Of a stretch of DNA of 64,000 bases, positions 48,107 through 57,659 are shown in pieces. Within the stretch, counting starts at the first letter, position 1. Every line of letters starts with the position of its first letter. Origin of the DNA: Escherichia virus TH41; the sequence record MT446412.1; one strand, written 5' to 3'. Under the pieces are notes generated by a model. The model was not told the DNA's origin. It saw only the letters and a list, made by a program, of their open reading frames with translations, and made no database searches. A program made the position numbers and the translations under genes.

Positions 48107-48322
48107 ATGAAGCATGAAATTGAAACATGTGAACGCCTTAAAGAAGTATATGGACTTTCCCCAACTCAAACTATTTTTGACCTTTCCGAAGAACTTCAAA
48201 TAGAATTTCAAAAGGAACTCAATAAATTATTGCATCCTGGACAGAGAGTCTTCCAGGCTATGGTTAGAACTAAAGATGAAAATGGTAATCCGACCATCGA
48301 ACGTCGTACAATAGAAATTTAA
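48107..48322 (+). CDS. hypothetical protein
   Basis: 71 aa between regA and 43. Confidence 0.45.
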   Translation: MKHEIETCERLKEVYGLSPTQTIFDLSEELQIEFQKELNKLLHPGQRVFQAMVRTKDENGNPTIERRTIEI

Positions 48323-48326
48323 AGCA

Positions 48327-48347
48327 AAGGGACTTCGGTCCCTTTTG
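48327..48347 (+). terminator. stem-loop terminator
   Basis: AAGGGAC-TTCG-GTCCCTT then TTTG. Confidence 0.55.
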
Positions 48348-48407
48348 TAGTATAATAGCGTCAAGTCATAAAACAAAAGTCAATCACTCGACTATAAAGG
48401 AAATCAA

Positions 48408-51122
48408 ATGCAAGAATTTTATTTAACTATCGAACAAATCGGTGACAACCTACTCGAACGATATATTGACAAGAATGGTCATGAACGTGTTCGTGAAATC
48501 CCTTATGCTCCATGCTTGTTTATGCACGCCCGCGAAGACCAAGCTGCAAAGTATACAGACATCTATAATAAAGGTTGTGTGAAAAAAGAATTCGATTCCA
48601 TGCGTGATGCATCCCAGTGGATGAAGCGAATGAATGACATGGGTCTCGAAGCTATGGGTATGGACGACTTTAAACTCGCATACTTGTCCGACCGTTACCC
48701 ACACGAAATCAAATATGATTCAAGTAAAATCCGTGTTGCTAACTTCGATATCGAGGTGACATCTCCTGATGGGTTCCCTGAACCGTCTGAAGCACGTCAC
48801 CCTATTGACGCCCTGACGCACTATGATTCGGTAGACGATAAATTCTATGTCTTTGACCTTTTGGGCTCACCATACGCCACTGTGGAGCAATGGTCTATTG
48901 ATATTGCTGCTAAGCTGCAGGAAGACGGTGGTGATGAAGTCCCGGAAGAAATCCTGGAAAAAATTGTTTATATGGCTTTCGATTCAGAAGAAGAAATGCT
49001 CCAGCAGTATTTGGTATTCTGGAACGAGAAAACTCCGGTTATGTTAACTGGTTGGAACATCGAGAAGTTTGATATTCCATATATCTACAACCGCCTTAAA
49101 AATGTATTTGGTGAAGCTACAGCAAAACGTCTGAGCCCACATCGTCGTACAAAAGTTAAGGTCATTAACAACGGCTTTGGCGAAGAACAAGAAATCATTC
49201 AGATTCTGGGTATCTCTGTTCTGGATTATCTGGACCTGTATAAAAAGTTCAGCTTCACAAACCAACCGTCTTATTCGTTGGATTATGTTGCGGAATCTGA
49301 ACTGGGTGTTGGTAAACTCCCGTATGATGGCCCGATTTCTAAACTGCGCGAATCAAATCACCAGCGGTATATTTCTTATAACATCATCGACGTTTATCGT
49401 GTTGTGCAGATTGACCGTAAGCGACAGTTTATTAACCTGAGTCAGTCAATGGGTTATTACGCAAAAATGCAGATTCAGTCTGTATTCAGCCCAATCAAAA
49501 CTTGGGATGCGATTATCTTTAACAGCTTGAAGACTCAAAACAAAGTTATTCCGGAAACCAAATCGCATGTTCGCCAATCGTTCCCTGGTGCATTTGTTAA
49601 GGAACCTATTCCGAACGCATACAAATATGTAATGAGCTGTGACTTAACATCTCTGTATCCGAGCATCATCCGACAGATTAACATCAGTCCAGAAACGATT
49701 GCCGGGTCATTTGCGCCAGCCCAGATGTATGAATACATCGCAGGAACTGCTGACCGTCCATCTGATACATTTAGTTGTGCTCCAAATGGTATGATGTATT
49801 TTAAAGATGTTGCGGGTATTATTCCGACAGAAGTCACCAAGGTGTTTAATCAGCGTAAAGAGCACAAAGGCTATATGCTTGCGGCTCAACGTAATGGTGA
49901 ACTGATTAAGGAAGCTCTGCGTAATCCAGGAACTGGCACAACCGAACCAGAAGTTGATTATCGTCATGACTTTGATGACAATATGAAAACGGCCCTGCAT
50001 GGTCTGAATCAAACAGTCCTAAATGGTATGCTGTACAAAGCGCAGATGGAAGAAGTTGCAGGCATGACCGCACAGATTAACCGTAAACTGCTTATCAACA
50101 GTTGTTATGGCGCTCTGGGTAATATCTGGTTCCGTTACTTTGACCTGCGAAATGCAACCGCGATTACATCTTTCGGACAACTTGCACTGCAGTGGATTGA
50201 GCGTAAAGTTAACGAATACTTCGATAGTGTTTGTGGTACAAGCGGTGAAACTTATGTGTTCTATGGCGATACTGACTCCATTTATATCCAGTGCGATAAC
50301 CTGATTAAAAAGGTTGGTGGCGAATCTAAATTCCGCGATACAAACCACCTGGTTGACTTCATGGACAAGTTTGCGAAAGACCGTCTGGAACCGGCAATCG
50401 ATAAAGCTTTCCGTGAGCTGGCTGAATACATGAACAACAAACAGCACCTTATGTTTATGGACCGTGAGGCGATTGCATGTCCTCCGCTGGGTTCGAAGGG
50501 TGTGGGTGGATTCTGGACGGCGAAGAAGCGTTATGCGTTGAACGTGTACGATATGGAAGGCACACGTTATGCTGTTCCAAAATTGAAAATCATGGGTCTG
50601 GAAACTCAAAAGTCGAGTACTCCAAAGGCATGTCAGAAAGCTCTGAAAGAATGCATCCGCCGTATGCTGCAAGAAGGTGAAGAATCTCTGCAGACATACT
50701 TCAAGGAATTCAATAAGGAATTTAATGAGCTTAACTACATGACCATCGCAGGGGTATCATCGGTTAACAACATCCAGAAATATAATGAAGGTGGTTTCCC
50801 TGGATTTAAGTGCCCGGCTCATATCAAAGGTGTGCTTGCATATATGCGTGCAACTAAAGGTCTGAAGACTGTTCCGCAAATCATGGAAGGGGAAAAGGTG
50901 TATGTACTTCCTCTTAAAGTCGGCAACCCATTTGGTGAAACCGTGATTGCATGGCCATCAGGGATTGAACTCCCGATTGAAATTCGTGACCAAGTCTTGC
51001 AGTGGATGGACTACAACACACTGTTCCAGAAGACTTTTGTCAAACCGTTAACAGGTTTCTCTGAAGCTGCAAAGGTTGATTACGAAAAGAAAGCAACTCT
51101 TTTTGATATGTTTGACTTTTAA
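48408..51122 (+). CDS. 43: DNA polymerase gp43 (family B)
   Basis: 904 aa; exo motifs (FDIE, YNIIDV), polymerase motifs (DLTSLYPSII, YGDTDS) and long colinear similarity to T4 gp43. Confidence 0.97.
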   Translation: MQEFYLTIEQIGDNLLERYIDKNGHERVREIPYAPCLFMHAREDQAAKYTDIYNKGCVKKEFDSMRDASQWMKRMNDMGLEAMGMDDFKLAYLSDRYPHEIKYDSSKIRVANFDIEVTSPDGFPEPSEARHPIDALTHYDSVDDKFYVFDLLGSPYATVEQWSIDIAAKLQEDGGDEVPEEILEKIVYMAFDSEEEMLQQYLVFWNEKTPVMLTGWNIEKFDIPYIYNRLKNVFGEATAKRLSPHRRTKVKVINNGFGEEQEIIQILGISVLDYLDLYKKFSFTNQPSYSLDYVAESELGVGKLPYDGPISKLRESNHQRYISYNIIDVYRVVQIDRKRQFINLSQSMGYYAKMQIQSVFSPIKTWDAIIFNSLKTQNKVIPETKSHVRQSFPGAFVKEPIPNAYKYVMSCDLTSLYPSIIRQINISPETIAGSFAPAQMYEYIAGTADRPSDTFSCAPNGMMYFKDVAGIIPTEVTKVFNQRKEHKGYMLAAQRNGELIKEALRNPGTGTTEPEVDYRHDFDDNMKTALHGLNQTVLNGMLYKAQMEEVAGMTAQINRKLLINSCYGALGNIWFRYFDLRNATAITSFGQLALQWIERKVNEYFDSVCGTSGETYVFYGDTDSIYIQCDNLIKKVGGESKFRDTNHLVDFMDKFAKDRLEPAIDKAFRELAEYMNNKQHLMFMDREAIACPPLGSKGVGGFWTAKKRYALNVYDMEGTRYAVPKLKIMGLETQKSSTPKACQKALKECIRRMLQEGEESLQTYFKEFNKEFNELNYMTIAGVSSVNNIQKYNEGGFPGFKCPAHIKGVLAYMRATKGLKTVPQIMEGEKVYVLPLKVGNPFGETVIAWPSGIELPIEIRDQVLQWMDYNTLFQKTFVKPLTGFSEAAKVDYEKKATLFDMFDF

Positions 51123-51124
51123 GT

Positions 51125-51154
51125 GTTTACAACGGCAATGGATTGCCGTATGAT
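51125..51154 (+). promoter_or_regulatory. early promoter
   Basis: GTTTAC-18 nt-TATGAT with inverted repeat CGGCAAT/ATTGCCG in spacer. Confidence 0.5.
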
Positions 51155-51191
51155 TACCCCATCAACTGATGAATAACTTGAGGATATTAAA

Positions 51192-51434
51192 ATGGAAACA
51201 TTAATTGCGGGTACTGTTGTTCTTGGTGCAGGTTCTTTCTTCCTGGCTGCACTGGCATATTTTCTGCCGTGGATTATCGCGCTACTGCGTGGAACCAAAA
51301 GTAATTGCGGAATCTTCTTTGTTAACCTCCTGTTAGGTTGGACAATGGTCGGATGGTTTATTGCATTTATCTGGGCACTCGTTGCTGAACGTAAATCAAA
51401 CGCACAAGTAATTATCATCAAGGAATCAAAATGA
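51192..51434 (+). CDS. small two-TM membrane protein (Imm-like by position)
   Basis: 80 aa, two TM helices; adjacent to gene 43 as T4 imm. Confidence 0.45.
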   Translation: METLIAGTVVLGAGSFFLAALAYFLPWIIALLRGTKSNCGIFFVNLLLGWTMVGWFIAFIWALVAERKSNAQVIIIKESK

Positions 51435-51582
51435 AGATAATTACAATTATTGTATTGATTGCATTTTTTAGTATGTCAATCTATTGGGCAATAATGACTC
51501 CACATATGATTCCAACTTTAATTTTGGGTTGGGTATTTTTGGGGCTCCAAGCCCGCTATGAATGTTTTAATTAGGAAGCAAA

Positions 51583-52086
51583 ATGAAAAAGTTAGCTATC
51601 GCAGCTGTTATGCTGCTATCTGGTTGTGCTTACCAGGGTGATGTTGTTAATGCCAACGAGATTGGTAAAGCGCGAATTGCTGCAGACCGTCAGGTGCATA
51701 ATGGTTCCTTTGATTTCAAAGGTGGTACTGGACTTATCTACAAACGCGACAACAATCAATGTGGAAACAACTGCGCGAAATATGCTCAACAAGAAATTGA
51801 GTACAAACGCGAGCAAGCTGCGAAGCATGACGAAATCATTGCCAAGCTGGAAGCAGAAACCAAGCGACAAAATGACCTGGACACTGTTAACCAGATTTCA
51901 CAGGTCTGCATGTCATACATCAATATGCAGATAAACATCATGCGCGCAGAAGCTTATCAGGCAGCGGAGATGGGTTCTCCAAAAGCTAATGAGTACCGCG
52001 ATATGTATCAGCGTTCTGCTCAAAACCGTCTGAGCTATATTAATAAATGTGTAGCTAAAGAGAAAGCACGCCAAGGTATTAACTGA
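51583..52086 (+). CDS. lipoprotein
   Basis: Signal peptide with lipobox LLSGC; 167 aa. Confidence 0.55.
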   Translation: MKKLAIAAVMLLSGCAYQGDVVNANEIGKARIAADRQVHNGSFDFKGGTGLIYKRDNNQCGNNCAKYAQQEIEYKREQAAKHDEIIAKLEAETKRQNDLDTVNQISQVCMSYINMQINIMRAEAYQAAEMGSPKANEYRDMYQRSAQNRLSYINKCVAKEKARQGIN

Positions 52087-52277
52087 TGTTATTATTACTT
52101 CTGATTGTTGTAACAGTAATTGGTTTGCTGCTATTAGAAAAGCGTAATAAGCATTTGGCTGAAGAAAACTGGAAATGTGGTAACGTTTACTGAGTTAATT
52201 GCTCTAAAAATACAGTGATATAATTATCCTATCTTAAACCTGTGAGAAAAATATAATGGTGCCTATGGAAAAAATGA

Positions 52278-53456
52278 ATGTCTATTGCAGATTTGAAATC
52301 CCGTTTGATTAAAGCTTCTACATCCAAAATGACTGCGACTCTTACCAAGTCCAAGTTCTTTAATGATAAAGATGTAGTTCGTACAAAAATCCCGATGCTG
52401 AACATTGCAATCAGCGGTGCACTAGATGGTGGTATGCAGTCAGGTTTGACTATTTTTGCTGGTCCGTCAAAACACTTTAAATCCAATATGGGTTTAACGA
52501 TGGTCTCTGCATATATGAACAAATACCCCGATGCAATCTGTTTGTTCTATGATTCAGAATTTGGTATCACAGAAGCATATCTTCGTGCAATGAAAGTTGA
52601 CCCGGAACGTGTTATCCATACACCAATCCAGTCGGTTGAACAATTGAAAGTTGATATGGTTAACCAGCTTGAAGCAATTGAGCGTGGTGAAAAAGTCATT
52701 ATCTTTATTGACTCAATCGGTAACATGGCGTCGAAAAAAGAAACAGAAGATGCGATGAACGAAAAAGTTGTTGGCGATATGACTCGTGCTAAATCCCTGA
52801 AATCTCTGTTCCGTATTGTTACCCCATATTTTAGTATCAAGGATATTCCTTGTGTCGCGGTTAACCATACAATTGAGACGATTGAGATGTACAGCAAAAC
52901 CGTTATGACCGGTGGCACAGGTGTTATGTATTCCGCAGACACCGTATTCATTATCGGCAAACGCCAGATTAAAGAAACTGGTAAAGAACTTGAAGGCTTC
53001 CAATTTGTTCTGAACGCCGAAAAATCTCGTATGGTCAAAGAGAAAAGTAAATTCTTCATTGATGTAAAATTCGATGGGGGTATTGACCCGTATTCTGGCC
53101 TGCTTGATATGGCAATGGAAATCGGATTTGTGGTGAAACCAAAAGTTGGTTGGTATAACCGTGAATATCTTGATGTTGAGACCGGCGAAATGGTCCGCGA
53201 AGAAAAATCATGGCGCGCAAAAGATACTAACTGCACCGAATTCTGGGGTCCGCTGTTCAAGCACGAACCTTTCCGTGATGCAATTAAACGCCATTACCAA
53301 CTGGGTGCAATCGATAGCAATGCTGTTGTTGATGCTGAAGTTGATGCGCTTATTGCCTCCAAGGTTGAAAAATACTCTGCTCCTGAAGGTAAGACAAAAC
53401 CGTCCGCTGCAGATATCGAAAACGATTTAGATATGATGGAAGACCTTGATGAATGA
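52278..53456 (+). CDS. uvsX: recombinase UvsX (RecA-like)
   Basis: LKSRLIKASTSK.TA.LT.SKFFN.KDVVRTKIPM.NIA.SG...GGMQSGL.I.AGPSK.FKSN.GLTMVS near-identical to T4 UvsX. Confidence 0.97.
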   Translation: MSIADLKSRLIKASTSKMTATLTKSKFFNDKDVVRTKIPMLNIAISGALDGGMQSGLTIFAGPSKHFKSNMGLTMVSAYMNKYPDAICLFYDSEFGITEAYLRAMKVDPERVIHTPIQSVEQLKVDMVNQLEAIERGEKVIIFIDSIGNMASKKETEDAMNEKVVGDMTRAKSLKSLFRIVTPYFSIKDIPCVAVNHTIETIEMYSKTVMTGGTGVMYSADTVFIIGKRQIKETGKELEGFQFVLNAEKSRMVKEKSKFFIDVKFDGGIDPYSGLLDMAMEIGFVVKPKVGWYNREYLDVETGEMVREEKSWRAKDTNCTEFWGPLFKHEPFRDAIKRHYQLGAIDSNAVVDAEVDALIASKVEKYSAPEGKTKPSAADIENDLDMMEDLDE

Positions 53457-53790
53457 TATCGATTTATCTGATTTAGATAATTTCGAGAAAGATGCGGAGG
53501 GAGCTAAGGCTCCTTCTGTACCTTACTACGAAAAAAGTTTGGAGATTATCCGGCAATCCATGGGAACCGTACGACAGGAAATTCTGTTATCACTCCCTGA
53601 TGGGTCCAGTCACATTGTGTACGTAACCGGAATTAAAATTGAACCATCTGGAAAAGTTTCAGTTGATTTCGGCACCCCTTCTGAAGACCGCAAAGCGGAG
53701 CTTGCAGTGCATGTAGAAAAGTGTGTTACAATGCAAATACAAGATGAAATTGATAAGATTAAAATGAAAAAGAGGTGGTGGAAGTGGTAG
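53446..53790 (+). CDS. hypothetical protein (gene 40 position)
   Basis: 114 aa between uvsX and 41, same length as T4 gp40; identity not verified. Confidence 0.45.
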   Translation: MMNDIDLSDLDNFEKDAEGAKAPSVPYYEKSLEIIRQSMGTVRQEILLSLPDGSSHIVYVTGIKIEPSGKVSVDFGTPSEDRKAELAVHVEKCVTMQIQDEIDKIKMKKRWWKW

Positions 53791-55214
53791 AAACTATTTT
53801 ATCCCAGCTACTCTTTAACAAGGAATATTTTGTTAAAGTCTGGCCATATCTGAATAACACATATTTTGAAAAGGGTCCAGCAAAGACCCTTTTTAATACG
53901 ATTAACGAACACGTAAAAGAATATCAAGCGGTACCAACTAAGACTGCACTTGATATCGCGCTCGACAGTTCTGACCTTTCTGAAGTCGAATATGAAGGCA
54001 CAAAGAAACTCTTAGGAGTCCTGGCCGATACTCCAGAAGACCAGGAATGGTTGGTTAAAGAAACCGAGAAGTATGTACAGAAGTCTGCGATGTTCAATGC
54101 CACATCCAGGATTATCGAAATCCAGAGCAATGCCGAACTTCCGAAAGATAAACGTGATAAACGAATCCCGGATATTGGTGCTATCCCTGACATCATGCGC
54201 GATGCATTGTCTATCTGTTTTGACTCTGCTCTGGGCCATGACTGGTTAAACGATTACGAAGCTCGATTCCAGACTTATCTGAACAAATCGAAGAAGGTTC
54301 CGTTCCGTATTAACATCCTGAATAAAATCACGAAGGGCGGGGTTGAGTACGGTACAGAGAACGTTTTACTGGCCGGGACGAACGTCGGCAAATCCCTTGG
54401 ACTTTGTTCGCTGGCGGCTGACTATCTTCAGACTGGTCATAATGTGCTTTATATAAGCATGGAAATGGCTGAAGAAGTATGTGCCAAACGTATTGATGCC
54501 AACTTGCTGGATGTGTCTCTGGATGATATTGATGAAGGTCATGTGTCATGGGCGGAATACAAAAGTAAGATGGAAAAATGGCGTGCAGCCGGGACCCTTG
54601 GGACTCTGAAGATAAAACAATATCCAACTGGCGGTGCTCATGCGGATACCTTCCGTGCATTGCTGAATGAATACAAACTGAAGCAAGGGTTTGTGCCGGA
54701 TGTGATTATTGTTGACTACCTGGCAATCTGTGCAAGCTCAAGACTGAAAACGTTTACCGAAAACAGTTACGGCCTGATTAAGATGGTTGCAGAAGAACTT
54801 CGTGGTCTGGCGGTCGAGAAAAATGTGGTCCTGTGGACTGCAGCGCAGACAACCAGGGGTGCGAACGTTGCAGCTGAGATTGATATGGCTGACATCGCTG
54901 AATCTTTTGGTATTGCTCACACGGCCGACTTTATGTTGGGTGTTGTTGAGACCGAAGAATTCGCTCAAATGGGACTACAGTTAATCAAACAGCTTAAGTC
55001 TCGTTACGGCGATAAGAACTACTATAATAAATTCAAGATGGGTGTTAAGAAAGGTAATCAGCGCTGGTACGAGGTTGATGATGATTCAGCTCCTAAACAA
55101 GGCCCTACGGTTAAAGAAGCCACTGGTGAGATGAATCGCCAGGCTGAAATGAATAGACAAACCAGGGTCAACAGGAGCGACCTGGACGACCTTGCTGCTC
55201 AAATGAAATTCTAA
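53775..55214 (+). CDS. 41: replicative DNA helicase gp41 (DnaB-like)
   Basis: 479 aa; VWPY...YFE.GPAK and Walker A GTNVGKSLGLCSLAADYLQ.GHNVLYISMEMAEEV match T4 gp41. Confidence 0.95.
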   Translation: MVEVVETILSQLLFNKEYFVKVWPYLNNTYFEKGPAKTLFNTINEHVKEYQAVPTKTALDIALDSSDLSEVEYEGTKKLLGVLADTPEDQEWLVKETEKYVQKSAMFNATSRIIEIQSNAELPKDKRDKRIPDIGAIPDIMRDALSICFDSALGHDWLNDYEARFQTYLNKSKKVPFRINILNKITKGGVEYGTENVLLAGTNVGKSLGLCSLAADYLQTGHNVLYISMEMAEEVCAKRIDANLLDVSLDDIDEGHVSWAEYKSKMEKWRAAGTLGTLKIKQYPTGGAHADTFRALLNEYKLKQGFVPDVIIVDYLAICASSRLKTFTENSYGLIKMVAEELRGLAVEKNVVLWTAAQTTRGANVAAEIDMADIAESFGIAHTADFMLGVVETEEFAQMGLQLIKQLKSRYGDKNYYNKFKMGVKKGNQRWYEVDDDSAPKQGPTVKEATGEMNRQAEMNRQTRVNRSDLDDLAAQMKF

Positions 55215-55233
55215 AGACCTTCGGGTCTTTTTC
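55214..55233 (+). terminator. Rho-independent terminator
   Basis: AAGACC-TTCG-GGTCTT then TTTTT. Confidence 0.7.
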
Positions 55234-55241
55234 ATTTAGAG

Positions 55242-55271
55242 GTTTACAACACCATAAAAAGGGTGTACTAT
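55242..55271 (+). promoter_or_regulatory. early promoter
   Basis: GTTTAC-18 nt-TACTAT; near-identical copy of the cassette at 23678. Confidence 0.5.
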
Positions 55272-55302
55272 TATCCCATCAACTACTGATGAGGATAATA
55301 AA

Positions 55303-55551
55303 ATGTTATTAGTTAATGTGCAGTACCAGTTCAAATCTGAAGAAGCTCTCCAAAAGTATGCTGATATTTGTGAGCATAATAAAAGAACAGCTGCCATTGT
55401 TGGTCTGAAGCCTTTTAAAATTTTGGATTGCTCCTTGAACAGAGCAAGACGCTGGTGTAGTGTTGCCTGTCATGCTTCAGTTGAAGGGAATGATTATTTT
55501 TTCATTACTTTCAATGCACAAGATTTTCATTTAATTAATGAATTAAAATAG
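55303..55551 (+). CDS. hypothetical protein
   Basis: 82 aa. Confidence 0.45.
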   Translation: MLLVNVQYQFKSEEALQKYADICEHNKRTAAIVGLKPFKILDCSLNRARRWCSVACHASVEGNDYFFITFNAQDFHLINELK

Positions 55552-55629
55552 TGTACAAGCCCCTTGTCTTAGGACATAATGATTCCATACTGAGTTACAC
55601 AATAAACCAACTGTTAAAAGGAAAACCAT

Positions 55630-55932
55630 ATGTTTAATCAAACCGATATGAACCGTTACTATTTTGGTCAGTTCGCTCGCCGTGATGAAAACTGTGCTGC
55701 TCTTATCGCATCAGGCATTCAAACTGGTAAATTAATAAAGCTCAAAAGCGATGTTCAACCTTCATCTGTTCGCAGCTCTCTTCGTGAGTATCTGCTTGCA
55801 GGCGGGGCAGTATATGTTATCGCTGAACCTTTTGTTAACGTGTGCGACGATTACACAATTAGTGTGACTGTTATGCACCCAACTACTGGGAAAATTCGTT
55901 GTCTGACTATGCACAACTATGAGTTGGCGTAA
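55630..55932 (+). CDS. hypothetical protein
   Basis: 100 aa. Confidence 0.45.
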   Translation: MFNQTDMNRYYFGQFARRDENCAALIASGIQTGKLIKLKSDVQPSSVRSSLREYLLAGGAVYVIAEPFVNVCDDYTISVTVMHPTTGKIRCLTMHNYELA

Positions 55933-55938
55933 GTGAAT

Positions 55939-55962
55939 AAAGGGGCTTACAGCCCCTTTTTC
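55939..55962 (+). terminator. Rho-independent terminator
   Basis: AAAGGGGC-TTACA-GCCCCTTT then TTC. Confidence 0.65.
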
Positions 55963-56000
55963 TTATGTTATAATGACTCTATCAACTACTGGAGAATAAA

Positions 56001-56318
56001 ATGAAAACCATTGATTGCAAGGCAGAATACAAAGTTTATTATCATGGGTCAAGTTCTAATGCTGGAATCCAAAATATGCTTTGTCCTCCTGATGCAACTG
56101 GTGTTCTGTCAGAAGTTGGGCGTAAGAAAAATTTAGGGCGTGTGTTTTTTACTGAAGATATTGGTTTGGCGCGTATCTATGCAGGAAGAGCAGCTCGCTC
56201 ATATGGAGGAGAACCCCGTCTTTATCGTGTGATTGCACCTGTTGACGTGGTTTGTTTAAATGATACTAAAGGCGCAACAGTTTATCACGCTGACTGGGCC
56301 TTCTGTGAGGAAATCTAA
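56001..56318 (+). CDS. hypothetical protein
   Basis: 105 aa; C-terminus ...AFCEEI shares junction with dmd-like gene. Confidence 0.45.
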   Translation: MKTIDCKAEYKVYYHGSSSNAGIQNMLCPPDATGVLSEVGRKKNLGRVFFTEDIGLARIYAGRAARSYGGEPRLYRVIAPVDVVCLNDTKGATVYHADWAFCEEI

Positions 56319-56522
56319 ATGTATAAATTAGAGAACGTAGTATTTATTGGTTGGTTTGAAAATGGTAATATGTTTACCAAAGAAACCGCGCTGGATGTCA
56401 GTGACAAAAATATGATTGAATGGGTTACAGTGCAGTATGCGGAAGTGAATAATGCGCTGGTTAAAGCCTTTGTTAATGACAATAAAGTTTTTGAATATGA
56501 TGCCCGCATTGAGGAAATCTAA
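56319..56522 (+). CDS. dmd: Dmd-like antitoxin (inhibitor of RnlA/LsoA-type RNases)
   Basis: VVF.GWF.N..MFTKE......D....W.T.QYAEVN.ALVKAF..D.KV resembles T4 Dmd as recalled; located between 41 and 61 as in T4. Confidence 0.6.
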   Translation: MYKLENVVFIGWFENGNMFTKETALDVSDKNMIEWVTVQYAEVNNALVKAFVNDNKVFEYDARIEEI

Positions 56523-56864
56523 ATGACTTTTAATCCAGAAGACCGCGTAAAAGTAACAATCAAAGTGAGTGCCGTTGGCGTTCCATCTTTTGAGCGCTCA
56601 AGTATGTTCCATCCCGCAGGTATTCACTGGTATGTTCAGAAGACTGCTGATAACTATAATGCGCTTGTTGAAGCTTTTGTTGATGGCGAGCTAATCCATA
56701 AAGTAGACATGCGTAAGGGCACTGCATTGCGTAATCTTATCTTGACCGTTGAAGCTCAACTGGTAAATGAAGAAATCTGCCTTACTGATATTGAAGCAGC
56801 TCTTCATATTGCACGTGCTGAATATTACAAATTGACTGGTTTTTCAGTTGAAGGTGAAAAATAA
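56523..56864 (+). CDS. Dmd paralog with N-terminal extension
   Basis: HWYVQKTADNYNALVEAFVDGELIHKVDMRKG parallels the Dmd core; tandem to dmd-like gene. Confidence 0.45.
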   Translation: MTFNPEDRVKVTIKVSAVGVPSFERSSMFHPAGIHWYVQKTADNYNALVEAFVDGELIHKVDMRKGTALRNLILTVEAQLVNEEICLTDIEAALHIARAEYYKLTGFSVEGEK

Positions 56865-56894
56865 GTGTACATCAAAGGGGTAATGCAGTATATT
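56865..56894 (+). promoter_or_regulatory. early promoter
   Basis: GTGTAC-18 nt-TATATT followed by CCCTATCAACTACTGAGGAG cassette. Confidence 0.45.
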
Positions 56895-56922
56895 ATCCCT
56901 ATCAACTACTGAGGAGATTGAA

Positions 56923-57216
56923 ATGAAAAAGTTATTAATCGCAGCAATTCTTACCGTAGCATCATGTGGTACAGCCCCAGTTACTGCTGGGCTTGATAAA
57001 GACCTTTGTGAGTGGTCCATGACTGCGGACCAGACTGATGTTGAACACCAGATTTATGCTGACATCATGAACATTACTAAACGTGACCACCCAGATATGG
57101 TTAAAGAAGTATCTGACCAACTGGCTTCTGGTGACGTTATGCAGTATAACTATGTTCTGTATTGCGATGCTTCATTTGACAACAGCAAGATTGTTCAATG
57201 GGTTACAGGTGAATAA
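56923..57216 (+). CDS. sp: Spackle (periplasmic lysozyme inhibitor / superinfection exclusion)
   Basis: 97 aa, signal peptide, DKDLCEWSMTADQT.VE.QI.ADIMNI.KRD.P.M...V...L.SG.VMQYNYVLYCD matches T4 Sp. Confidence 0.75.
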   Translation: MKKLLIAAILTVASCGTAPVTAGLDKDLCEWSMTADQTDVEHQIYADIMNITKRDHPDMVKEVSDQLASGDVMQYNYVLYCDASFDNSKIVQWVTGE

Positions 57217-57217
57217 A

Positions 57218-57658
57218 ATGATTAACAGAAATTTAGTTATCAAAAAACTTCGTTGTAAAAATCAAAATGCACAAGCATACAGGATGTTTTGGAGCGACGA
57301 ACCCATTCAATACCTGGGTTATTTTCTTGTTGATAGTGATAATAGAATTACGTTTGCTCATAAACTTCTTAACAAAGAATTAAACCATTGGCAAGAACTT
57401 ATTGCGGTCAAGTCTAAATTATTTTCGCGCAATACAATGCACCAATTGGTTTATTTTTTCGCTGACGGTATTCCTGACAAGGTTGAGTTTGATGGGTTTG
57501 AATTTAAAGACATCACCCCTGATAATGAATTGAATGACAGTATTGTTAATATGGGTATCCCGGGTAAGTACATCAAAAACAGTCTTTTGAAACTTCTGGA
57601 AACCCCTGTATATTCAGTTGACGACCAGATTTTTAATGCCTTCATGAAGCGAGATTAG
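57218..57658 (+). CDS. hypothetical protein (DDQIFNAFMKR tail)
   Basis: 146 aa; C-terminal 11 residues identical to next gene. Confidence 0.45.
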   Translation: MINRNLVIKKLRCKNQNAQAYRMFWSDEPIQYLGYFLVDSDNRITFAHKLLNKELNHWQELIAVKSKLFSRNTMHQLVYFFADGIPDKVEFDGFEFKDITPDNELNDSIVNMGIPGKYIKNSLLKLLETPVYSVDDQIFNAFMKRD

Positions 57659-57659
57659 T

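Noticed and set aside
50019-50672. 217-aa minus-strand ORF
   Set aside because: Lies entirely antisense within the strongly conserved DNA polymerase gene 43; no RBS; typical spurious antisense ORF.
52547-53260. 237-aa minus-strand ORF
   Set aside because: Antisense inside uvsX; Ser/Ile-rich low-complexity translation; no start context.
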